Assembly (NCBI GenBank): GCA_039916225.1
Contig: JBDSLU010000366.1
Span: forward strand, 1,115 to 65,114
Source of the DNA: Vicinamibacteraceae bacterium
GTDB lineage: Bacteria > Acidobacteriota > Vicinamibacteria > Vicinamibacterales > Vicinamibacteraceae
Direction of reading: 5' to 3'
DNA length: 64,000 nucleotides
Below are positions 1 to 10,146 of this stretch, piece after piece; positions within the stretch are counted from its first letter, which is position 1; each line of letters begins with the position of its first letter. Under the pieces are notes generated by a model, which ran no database searches, was not told where the DNA came from, and was given only the letters and a program-made list of their open reading frames with translations. Both the position numbers and the translations under genes were made by a program.

Positions 1-2
1 CG

Positions 3-1868
<1,866 letters not shown>

Positions 1869-1892
1869 CCCCTTCCTGGAGTCCATCTGGCC

Positions 1893-2468
1893 GTGCAGCC
1901 TGACGCCGTCCTCTCGCTCTTCCGCTCCGTGAGTGCGCTCCTCGAAGGCCACTTCCGCCTGTCCTCGGGCCTGCACAGCAACGGCTACATGCAGTCGGCG
2001 CTGGTGCTGCAGCATCCCGAGCACGCCGCCGCGCTCGGCCGGGCGCTGGCCGACGCCGTGCGTAAGCTCGATCCGCATGTCGTGCTGTCGCCGGCCCTCG
2101 GCGGCCTGATCATCGGCCACGAGGTGGCGCGCGCCCTCGGCGTCCGCGCCATCTTCGCCGAGCGCGTCGACGGCGTGCTGACGCTGCGGCGCGGCTTCTC
2201 GCTGGCCGCCGCCGAACGCGTGCTGGTGGTCGAGGACGTGGTCACGACCGGCAAGTCGACCCGCGAGACTATCGCCGTCGCCGAGGCCGCTGGCGCGACG
2301 GTGGTCGGCGCCGCCGGGATCATCAACCGTGGCGGCGACGTCGATCTCGGCGTCCCCTTCACGGCCCTGGCGTCGGTGTCGTTCCCGACCTGGCCGGCCG
2401 ACCAGCTCCCGGAGTGGCTGGCTGCAGTGCCAGTCACCAAGCCGGGGTCGCGCCCCGGCGCGAAGTAA
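1893..2468 (+). CDS. pyrE: orotate phosphoribosyltransferase
   Basis: 191 aa. PRPP-binding loop VLVVEDVVTTGKST and an N-terminal GHFRLSSGLHS motif typical of the short PyrE type. Confidence 0.9.
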   Translation: MQPDAVLSLFRSVSALLEGHFRLSSGLHSNGYMQSALVLQHPEHAAALGRALADAVRKLDPHVVLSPALGGLIIGHEVARALGVRAIFAERVDGVLTLRRGFSLAAAERVLVVEDVVTTGKSTRETIAVAEAAGATVVGAAGIINRGGDVDLGVPFTALASVSFPTWPADQLPEWLAAVPVTKPGSRPGAK

Positions 2469-2476
2469 CTTCCCTT

Positions 2477-2517
2477 ACGACTCCGGAGTCGTCAATGGGG
2501 GCCAATGACTCCGGAGT
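2477..2517. repeat. two copies of a GACTCCGGAGT(C) palindrome, 28 bp apart centre to centre
   Basis: ACGACTCCGGAGTCGT (2477-2492) is a perfect 16-bp palindrome. GACTCCGGAGT recurs at 2507-2517. Both lie in the pyrE-truA spacer. Confidence 0.8.
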
Positions 2518-2529
2518 TGTTCCGTTCCA

Positions 2530-3294
2530 ATGTCTGAGCCCCGCACCTTCAAGCTGACGCTGGCCTACGACGGCACCGGCCTGGTCGGCTGGCAGCGGCA
2601 GGCCGAGGGCACGTCCGTCCAGGGCCTCCTCGAGGACGCCCTGACCCGGCTCACCGCGACGGCCGGGGTGACGGTGACCGGCGCCGGCCGTACGGACGCC
2701 GGCGTCCACGCCCGCGGCCAGGTCGCCAGCGTGACCCTGGCCACGCGGCTGGCGGCGGCGGATCTGCAGCGTGGCGCCAACGCGCTCCTGCCGCCGGCCG
2801 TCCGCGTGCTTGCGGCCGAGGTGGTGGAGCCGGGCTTCCACGCGCGCTTCGGCGCCAAGGAGAAGCGCTATGCCTACCATGCGGTCCTCGGCCCGCTCAT
2901 CTCGCCCTTCGACGTCCGCTACGCCTGGCATATTCCGTTTCCCCTCGACGTCGCGGCGATGCGGGCGGCGCTGCCGCTGCTGCAAGGTCGCCACGATTTC
3001 GCCGCATTTCAGTCAACAGGGTCCGATATACAAGACACTGTGCGGACGCTGAGCGAGGCGCGGCTCGACGAAGACGCGGCGGAGGGGGGCGGCACGCGCC
3101 TGGTGCTCACCCTGGCCGGCGACGGATTCCTGCGGCACATGGTGCGGGCCATCGCCGGGAGCCTGGTTGAAGTCGGCCGCGGCCGCTGGCCGGCCGGCCA
3201 GATCGGCGGGATTCTGGCCTCGGCGGACCGGGCCCAGGCCGGCCCGACCGCCCCCGCGCACGGCCTGTTCCTGGTGTCGGTTCGATACTGGTGA
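2530..3294 (+). CDS. truA: tRNA pseudouridine(38-40) synthase
   Basis: LAYDGT..GWQRQ and the catalytic GAGRTDAGVHA motif. 254 aa. Confidence 0.9.
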   Translation: MSEPRTFKLTLAYDGTGLVGWQRQAEGTSVQGLLEDALTRLTATAGVTVTGAGRTDAGVHARGQVASVTLATRLAAADLQRGANALLPPAVRVLAAEVVEPGFHARFGAKEKRYAYHAVLGPLISPFDVRYAWHIPFPLDVAAMRAALPLLQGRHDFAAFQSTGSDIQDTVRTLSEARLDEDAAEGGGTRLVLTLAGDGFLRHMVRAIAGSLVEVGRGRWPAGQIGGILASADRAQAGPTAPAHGLFLVSVRYW

Positions 3295-3453
3295 CAGCCC
3301 GTGGTGGAAGTGCCGCGTCGCATCGAGACGGGCGAGGCGCCCGTCGATCAAGGCGCGCGGAGTGAGAATATTGGGCGATATGCGAGCGACGAGCAACGCT
3401 GAGCGGCGGGATGCATCGCCCGTCGAATGCAGCGACACTTTCACCACGGGCTG
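3295..3453 (+). repeat. 159-nt imperfect-palindrome intergenic element (ERIC/MITE-like), copy 1
   Basis: Terminal inverted repeats are CAGCCCGTGGTGGAAGTG and CACTTTCACCACGGGCTG, extendable imperfectly to about 37 nt. There is an internal perfect hairpin GACGGGCG-agg-CGCCCGTC. It is about 89% identical (aligned by eye) to the reverse complement of 45940-46097. Confidence 0.85.
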
Positions 3454-3471
3454 TTAAGATCCCGGTTTCGC

Positions 3472-4292
<821 letters not shown>

Positions 4293-4296
<4 letters not shown>

Positions 4297-5078
4297 CGCG
4301 CGTCCTCTCGGCGCTCGTGCTGCTGCCGGCGGTGCTCGGCATCGCGTGGTACCTGCCGCCGATCTACACCACGATCATGCTCGGCATCATCGTCGCGCTG
4401 GCCTTCGACGAGTACGCGCGAATGGCCCGGCTCGGCAGCGACGGCTATCCGCGTGTGATCGCCGGCGCCGCGACGCTGGCCGCCTACGTCGGCGTCTGGG
4501 CCGGGGTGCCCTTGGCGCTGGTGTTCGCCCCGGCGCTGCTCGTCGGCGCCGCCGCCGCGGTCGGCCGCGGCCGGCCCGACGAGGACGCCATGCGCCTGGC
4601 CGCGGTCACGCTGTTCCCGCTGCTCTACATCGCCGTGCCGCTCGGCATGGCTGCGTCGCTGCACACCGATCGAGGGCCGCTGGCGCTGATGGTGCCGTTC
4701 CTGGTCGTCGTCGCCAGCGATTCGGCCCAGTACTACGGCGGGCGGACGCTGGGCCGGCGTCCGCTGGCGCCGCGCATCAGCCCGAAGAAGACCGTCGAGG
4801 GCGCCATCTCCGGGGTGCTCGTGGCCGCCGTCGCGACGCCGTTCGTGGCGCGCATCGTGACGCCGGAGGCGCCGCTGCCGCTGCTGGTGCTGCTCGGCGT
4901 GATGCTCGCGATCCTCGGCATCATGGGCGACTTGTTCGAGTCGCTGCTCAAGCGGGCCAGCGGCCTCAAGGACTCGTCCAGCCTCATCCCCGGGCACGGT
5001 GGCATCCTCGATCGCATCGACGCGCTGCTGTTCGTGTTCCCGGCCTACGTGCTGTTCCTCCGCTACGCCCGCCTGTGA
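4293..5078 (+). CDS. cdsA: phosphatidate cytidylyltransferase
   Basis: The GTG start overlaps the uppS stop (GTGA). Multi-TM protein. C-terminal signature SLLKRASGLKDSSSLIPGHGGILDRIDALLF. Confidence 0.9.
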
Positions 5079-5096
5079 TCGCCTGCCGGTAACCCG

Positions 5097-6293
5097 ATGG
5101 CTTCAGCCCCGATGCGCCTCGCGATCCTCGGCTCGACGGGCTCGATCGGCCAGAGCGCGCTGGCTGTCGTCGACGCCCATCCGGATCGGCTGCAGGTGAT
5201 CGGCCTCGCCGCCGGCACCAGCGCCGCGGCGCTGGCCCTCCAAGTCGAGCGCTACCGGCCGCGCGCGGCGGTGATGGCGACCGACGCGGCGTGCCAGGCG
5301 CTTCGCGCCGGGATCCCGGCCGGCGCGGCGTCTCAGCTCGATCACTGCGGCGCCGGACCCCAGGCGCTCATCGACCTCGTCACCCGCGACGACGTCGACA
5401 CGGTGCTGTGCGCGTCGTCGGGCACCGCCGCGCTCGAGGCGGTGGTCGCGGCGATCACGGCCGGCAAGCGCATCGCGCTGGCCAACAAGGAAGTGCTGGT
5501 GATGGCCGGCCGGCTGGTGATGGACCTGGCGCGGGCGCACGGCGTCGACGTACTGCCGGTCGACAGCGAGCACAACGCCATCCACCAGTGCCTGCACCGG
5601 CGCGACCCCTCGGAGGTCCGCCGGCTGATCCTGACCGCGTCGGGCGGCCCCTTCCGGCACCTGTCGGCCGAGGCGCTGGCCGGTGTCACCGTCGACGCCG
5701 CGCTGAGCCATCCGACCTGGCGGATGGGCCGCAAGATCACCATCGACTCGGCCACCCTGATGAACAAGGGCCTCGAAGTGATCGAGGCACACTGGCTGTT
5801 CGGGACCCCGACCTCGGCGATCGACGTCGTCGTGCACCCGCAGTCGGTCGTCCACTCGCTGGTCGAGCTGACCGACGGCTCGATAATCGCCCAGCTCGGC
5901 GTGACGGACATGCGCCTGCCGATCCAGTACGCCTTTTCCTGGCCCGATCGCTGGGGCGGCGCGCTGCCGACCCTCAACCTGCTCGACTGCCGGCGGCTGG
6001 AGTTCGAGGCCCCGGACCATGCCCGGTTCCCCTGTCTCCGGCTGGCCTACCGGGCCCTCGAAGCCGGCGATGCCTATCCCGTGGTGCTGAACGCGGCCAA
6101 CGAGGTCGCGGTGGCGTCTTTCCTCGAGGGCGCGGTGCCGTTCCCGGCCATCGCCGAGAGCATCGATGCCGCCCTCGACGCGGCGGCGCGCCAGGGTGTG
6201 CAGCCGCCCGCCACATTGGCCGCCATCCGGGAACTGGATGCCTGGGCCCGCACGTATACTGGGTCGAGACTCCAGGCCGCGAGCGCCAGCTGA
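5097..6293 (+). CDS. dxr: 1-deoxy-D-xylulose 5-phosphate reductoisomerase
   Basis: ILGSTGSIGQSAL NADPH loop, LANKE, and VDSEHNAIHQC motifs. 398 aa. Confidence 0.95.
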   Translation: MASAPMRLAILGSTGSIGQSALAVVDAHPDRLQVIGLAAGTSAAALALQVERYRPRAAVMATDAACQALRAGIPAGAASQLDHCGAGPQALIDLVTRDDVDTVLCASSGTAALEAVVAAITAGKRIALANKEVLVMAGRLVMDLARAHGVDVLPVDSEHNAIHQCLHRRDPSEVRRLILTASGGPFRHLSAEALAGVTVDAALSHPTWRMGRKITIDSATLMNKGLEVIEAHWLFGTPTSAIDVVVHPQSVVHSLVELTDGSIIAQLGVTDMRLPIQYAFSWPDRWGGALPTLNLLDCRRLEFEAPDHARFPCLRLAYRALEAGDAYPVVLNAANEVAVASFLEGAVPFPAIAESIDAALDAAARQGVQPPATLAAIRELDAWARTYTGSRLQAASAS

Positions 6294-6316
6294 GCCGCCT
6301 CTAGGACGAGAACGAC

Positions 6317-7636
6317 GTGTCTTCCATCCTGCCGTTCATTTTCGTGCTCGGAGTCCTCGTGTTCGTGCACGAGCTCGGGCATTTCCTCCTGGCGCGCTGG
6401 CACGGTGTCCGCGTCCTGACCTTCTCCCTCGGCTTCGGTCCCAAGCTGTTCAAGTTCACGCGCGGGGACACCGAGTACTGCATCTCGATCATCCCGCTCG
6501 GCGGCTTCGTCAAGATGGCCGGCGAGACGCCCGAGGATGACGCGCCGCCGAAGAGCGACGAATTCTTCGCCAAGACCAAGTGGCAGCGCTTCCAGATCTA
6601 CATCGCCGGGCCGGCGATGAACGTCCTGGCGGCGTTCCTGATCATGATCGGCGTCTACCTCAATGGCGCCACCGAGCCCTCCTACCAGCGCACGGCGGTC
6701 GAGGTCGGCCGCGTGATCGAGGGGTCGTCGGCGGCCAAGGCCGGCATCAAGATCGGTGACCGGCTGATCCGGATCGCCGGCAACGACACGCCGACCTGGG
6801 GCGACTATCAGAAGGCGATGATGCTCGCGGCCGGGCGCGAGATCGAGGTCGTGCTGGTCCGGCAGGGCGCCGAGCAGACGCTCCACTTCACCCCCGACCT
6901 GATCAAGGAAATCCACGCCGCCGACCTGGGTGTCCGGCCGATGCAGCACCTGCGGCTCGGCACCACTACCCCGGGCGAGCCAGCCGACAAGGCCGGCCTC
7001 AAGGCGGGCGACGTCGTGCTCGCCGTCAACGGTGCCGCGGCTGACGCCGAAACCACCCTCGAGGCGTTGAAGAACAACGTCGGCAAGCCGCTGACCCTCC
7101 GGGTGCGGCGCGACGGCGCCGAGCGCGACTTCACCGTGACGCCGATCCCCCGCGCCGACGGGACTGGGCGGGTCGGTGTCGAGGTCCGCTTCGAGCAGTC
7201 CACGGTCAAGGCGACCGGCTTCCTCGACGCCGTCCGTCTCAGCTACCACCACAACCTCGAATCAGCCGGCCTCGTCTTCAAGACGCTGCGCGGCTTGTTC
7301 CTCGGCGAGGCCTCGCCCAAGCAGTTGACCGGCTTCATCGGCATCGCCCGGGCGTCCGGGGCGATGGCCGCCGAAGGCGCCGGATCTCTCTTCATGTTCA
7401 TGGCCATGCTGTCCATGAACCTGGCCATCCTCAACCTGCTGCCGATCCCGATGCTCGACGGCGGGCACATCTTCATCATGATGCTCGAGGGGCTGGCCCG
7501 CCGCGACTTCAGCCTGCGCGTCAAGGAACGCCTGCTGATGGCCGGCTTCGTCCTGGTGATGACGCTGATGGTGACGGTGATCTACAACGACCTGATGCGC
7601 ATCGAGTGGATCGAGAAGCTCGTTCCCTGGCGCTAG
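6317..7636 (+). CDS. rseP: RIP zinc metalloprotease (site-2 protease) RseP
   Basis: HELGHF at the N-terminus, two PDZ-like segments and a C-terminal NLLPIPMLDGGH motif. It sits in the conserved uppS-cdsA-dxr-rseP order. Confidence 0.9.
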   Translation: MSSILPFIFVLGVLVFVHELGHFLLARWHGVRVLTFSLGFGPKLFKFTRGDTEYCISIIPLGGFVKMAGETPEDDAPPKSDEFFAKTKWQRFQIYIAGPAMNVLAAFLIMIGVYLNGATEPSYQRTAVEVGRVIEGSSAAKAGIKIGDRLIRIAGNDTPTWGDYQKAMMLAAGREIEVVLVRQGAEQTLHFTPDLIKEIHAADLGVRPMQHLRLGTTTPGEPADKAGLKAGDVVLAVNGAAADAETTLEALKNNVGKPLTLRVRRDGAERDFTVTPIPRADGTGRVGVEVRFEQSTVKATGFLDAVRLSYHHNLESAGLVFKTLRGLFLGEASPKQLTGFIGIARASGAMAAEGAGSLFMFMAMLSMNLAILNLLPIPMLDGGHIFIMMLEGLARRDFSLRVKERLLMAGFVLVMTLMVTVIYNDLMRIEWIEKLVPWR

Positions 7637-7646
7637 GCCGGCCACC

Positions 7647-7787
7647 GTCAAGTCCCAACCGCCAATAGCCAACCGCCAATAGCCGACCGCCAACAGCCAA
7701 CTCCCAATGCGAGCTCATCTGCCGCAGCTTCTCAGGTTTGGGAGTTGGGACTTGGGACTTGGGAGTTGGAAGTGGCTGTTGGGAGTC
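7647..7787. repeat. inverted arrays of heptad repeats (TTGGNNN)n flanking a 30-bp spacer
   Basis: The right arm (7738-7787) reads TTGGGAG TTGGGAC TTGGGAC TTGGGAG TTGGAAG TGGCTG TTGGGAG. The left arm (7647-7707) is the same heptad family on the opposite strand, with a 14-bp superperiod CCGCCAATAGCCAA. It starts 11 nt after the rseP stop. Confidence 0.8.
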
Positions 7788-8471
7788 GCACTGTCGGCGA
7801 TGGCGATGCCAGTGGCGCAGTCGCCTTCGTCTCCGCCGGCGTCGGCCGCCGCCCGCTGGCCGCCGCTGACGTTCGCCCCGCCCAACGTCGAACGCACCGA
7901 CCCCACGCTGGCGCGCCTCCGCGATCAGCTGCTCGCCGCGATCCGCGAGCGGCGCCTCGACGGAGTGAAGGCGTTGATGGCGCCGACGATTCGCGATCAG
8001 GATGCCGAGGTGCCGGCCCAGGAGGTCCTGGACAGCTTCGGCCCGCTCGAGCCCGGCACACCGCCCGGCGACGAGTGGCAGGCCCTCGAACAGGCGCTGC
8101 GCCTCGGCGGCATCCGCCGCGGCAACCTCTACGTCGTGCCGTTCATCGAGCGATCGGCGTCGCTGTGGAAGGCGCGCGACGAGCGGCTGTTCATCGCCGG
8201 CCGCGACGTGCCGGTGCGCGCCAACGCCGATCCGTCGGCGTCCGTCGTGAGCCGCCTGTCCCATGCGCTGCTGCAGGAGGCCGTCGGCGTGCCGACGCGG
8301 CCCGGTGAGGCGGGCGCCGACTGCGCGGACTGGACGCCGGTGCTCGACGCCGAGCGGATGCTGGCCTGGGTCTGCACCGCCGACACGCGTCCCGTCAGCG
8401 GCCTCTACTACGCCTTCGCGCGCACCGGAGGCGCGTGGAAGCTGACCCGCATCTACGCAATCCCCGAGTAG
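7707..8471 (+). CDS. hypothetical secreted protein (start uncertain)
   Basis: 254-aa ORF with a signal-like LLGVALSAMAMPVAQSP segment. The first ~25 codons are encoded by the heptad-repeat array, so the true start may be the downstream in-frame TTG/CTG codons near 7775-7780. Confidence 0.5.
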   Translation: MRAHLPQLLRFGSWDLGLGSWKWLLGVALSAMAMPVAQSPSSPPASAAARWPPLTFAPPNVERTDPTLARLRDQLLAAIRERRLDGVKALMAPTIRDQDAEVPAQEVLDSFGPLEPGTPPGDEWQALEQALRLGGIRRGNLYVVPFIERSASLWKARDERLFIAGRDVPVRANADPSASVVSRLSHALLQEAVGVPTRPGEAGADCADWTPVLDAERMLAWVCTADTRPVSGLYYAFARTGGAWKLTRIYAIPE

Positions 8472-8486
8472 ACCGATGCCTACCTG

Positions 8487-9173
8487 CTACTGCGCGGGCA
8501 GCTTGCTGAGGGCCATCGAATCGGCCAGCGTGTGCAGCACCTTGGGATCGTCGATGTGGTTGCCTTCGATCTCGACGATGTAGCGCTTGTTGGCGACCAG
8601 CGTCAGCTCGCCGTTCTTGGAGTCGGTGTTCCACTTCTCGAGGCCGGGGAAGCCGGCGACCTTGACGGCCTTCTCGTAGCCGGTCTCGGTCTCCTTCTCG
8701 TAGCCCATGTTGCTGACCCACGAGAACGGCACCAGCATCAACGCGTTGTAAGCGCTGTCGGTGATCTTGACGCGGATCTCGGCGTCGCCCTTCTTGTAGC
8801 GGACGCCGGCGGTCGACATCTTGAACGGCGCGGTCATGGTCTCGCCCGTAGCCTTCATCTTCTCCCAGCCAGCGAGGTCGACGAAGCTGGCCTGCAGATC
8901 GCGGAACGACACCGGATCGACGGTCTTGCCGCCGTTGGCGACGCCGGCCGCGGCCCCGAGGCCCTTGGCGAGCGCCTCCATGCCGGCGGCCATCCCCTCG
9001 GCGCCCTTCTCGGCCGCCTTCTGGGCCTCGGTGCCGGCCTTCTCCATCTGCTTGGCGGCCTCTTGCAGCTGCTTGGCGGCTTCTTCCTGGCGCTTCTGCT
9101 CGGCCGACTTGCCGCAGGCAGTGGCGGCGACGAGAGCCAGGGTCAGGCCCGTGGCGGTGAACAGCTTCGACAT
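8487..9173 (-). CDS. hypothetical lipoprotein
   Basis: Lipobox LVAATAC, followed by a Lys/Glu/Ala-rich coiled segment. No motif recognised. Confidence 0.65.
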   Translation of the reverse strand: MSKLFTATGLTLALVAATACGKSAEQKRQEEAAKQLQEAAKQMEKAGTEAQKAAEKGAEGMAAGMEALAKGLGAAAGVANGGKTVDPVSFRDLQASFVDLAGWEKMKATGETMTAPFKMSTAGVRYKKGDAEIRVKITDSAYNALMLVPFSWVSNMGYEKETETGYEKAVKVAGFPGLEKWNTDSKNGELTLVANKRYIVEIEGNHIDDPKVLHTLADSMALSKLPAQ

Positions 9174-9205
9174 CGCGAGTACTCCTCTGACGTGACGAAC
9201 GAGTC

Positions 9206-10117
9206 CTACTTGCTGACGGGCGTGGGCTGGGTAATCGCCGTCGCCACGTAGCTGCGCCGGGCCCGCGCCTTGTTGGCCGGATCCTTGGACCGCACCTCGA
9301 GCTTGTGCACCTTGCCGTCCAGGTTCTTCGGGGTGAAAGCGAGCAGGTACTGGCTATGCAGCTCCTGCGCGACGCGCGTGAAGGCCGGACCCAGTTCCTC
9401 GGTTTTCTTCAGCTCGAAGTAGCCGCCGCCCGTTTCGTCGGCGATGCGCCGCAGGCCGCCGGCCGGGCGCGTGCGCGTCCGCTGGCCCGGGCCCGACATG
9501 TAGACGCTCTCCAGGCCGATGGCGTAAATCATCACTTCGTCGGCGCGGGCGTGATCGATCACCTTGCCCTGGCTGCTGCTCGACCCCTGGTCGTCGCCGT
9601 CGGTGAAGAGCACGATGACGCGGCGGCCCTCGACGCCCTTCAGCCGCTCGAGGCTCTGATCGGCGGCGTCCCACAGGCGGGTCGCGTTGCCGAAATCGAG
9701 CTCGCGGATGGAGCTCGACAGGTCGTCGCGGTCGTTGGTGAATCCGGTGCTCGCGAACTCGACCTTGTTGTTGAACGCGCCGACCATCGCCTTGTCTTCC
9801 GGCAGCAGACGGATGATGAACTGCTCGGCCGCCGCCTTCATGAGGTCGAGGTTGAGCGTCATGCTGCCGCTCGTGTCGAGCATCACCACCGACGTGATCG
9901 GGCGGATGGTGTTGTCGAACACCGAGATTTCCTGCGGCACTCCGTTGTCGAGGACGGTGAAATCGTCCTTCGACAGGTTGGGGACGAGCCGCCCGGCGTT
10001 GTCGGTGACGGTGATGTAGAGGGGCACCGTCTGGGTGCCGGAACGGAAGGTCGGCTGCTGCGCCCCGAGGGCCACCGACACACCGAGTACGAACGCTGCC
10101 GAGAGCCAACCACGCAT
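9206..10117 (-). CDS. VWA domain protein (resembles the VWFA-related Acidobacterial domain family)
   Basis: Signal peptide; N-terminal FRSGTQTVPLYITVTD..G..V..L.KDDFTV module; MIDAS-like VVMLDTSGSM. Confidence 0.85.
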   Translation of the reverse strand: MRGWLSAAFVLGVSVALGAQQPTFRSGTQTVPLYITVTDNAGRLVPNLSKDDFTVLDNGVPQEISVFDNTIRPITSVVMLDTSGSMTLNLDLMKAAAEQFIIRLLPEDKAMVGAFNNKVEFASTGFTNDRDDLSSSIRELDFGNATRLWDAADQSLERLKGVEGRRVIVLFTDGDDQGSSSSQGKVIDHARADEVMIYAIGLESVYMSGPGQRTRTRPAGGLRRIADETGGGYFELKKTEELGPAFTRVAQELHSQYLLAFTPKNLDGKVHKLEVRSKDPANKARARRSYVATAITQPTPVSK

Positions 10118-10146
10118 GAGTCGAGCTTAGCAGATAGACTCGGGGC

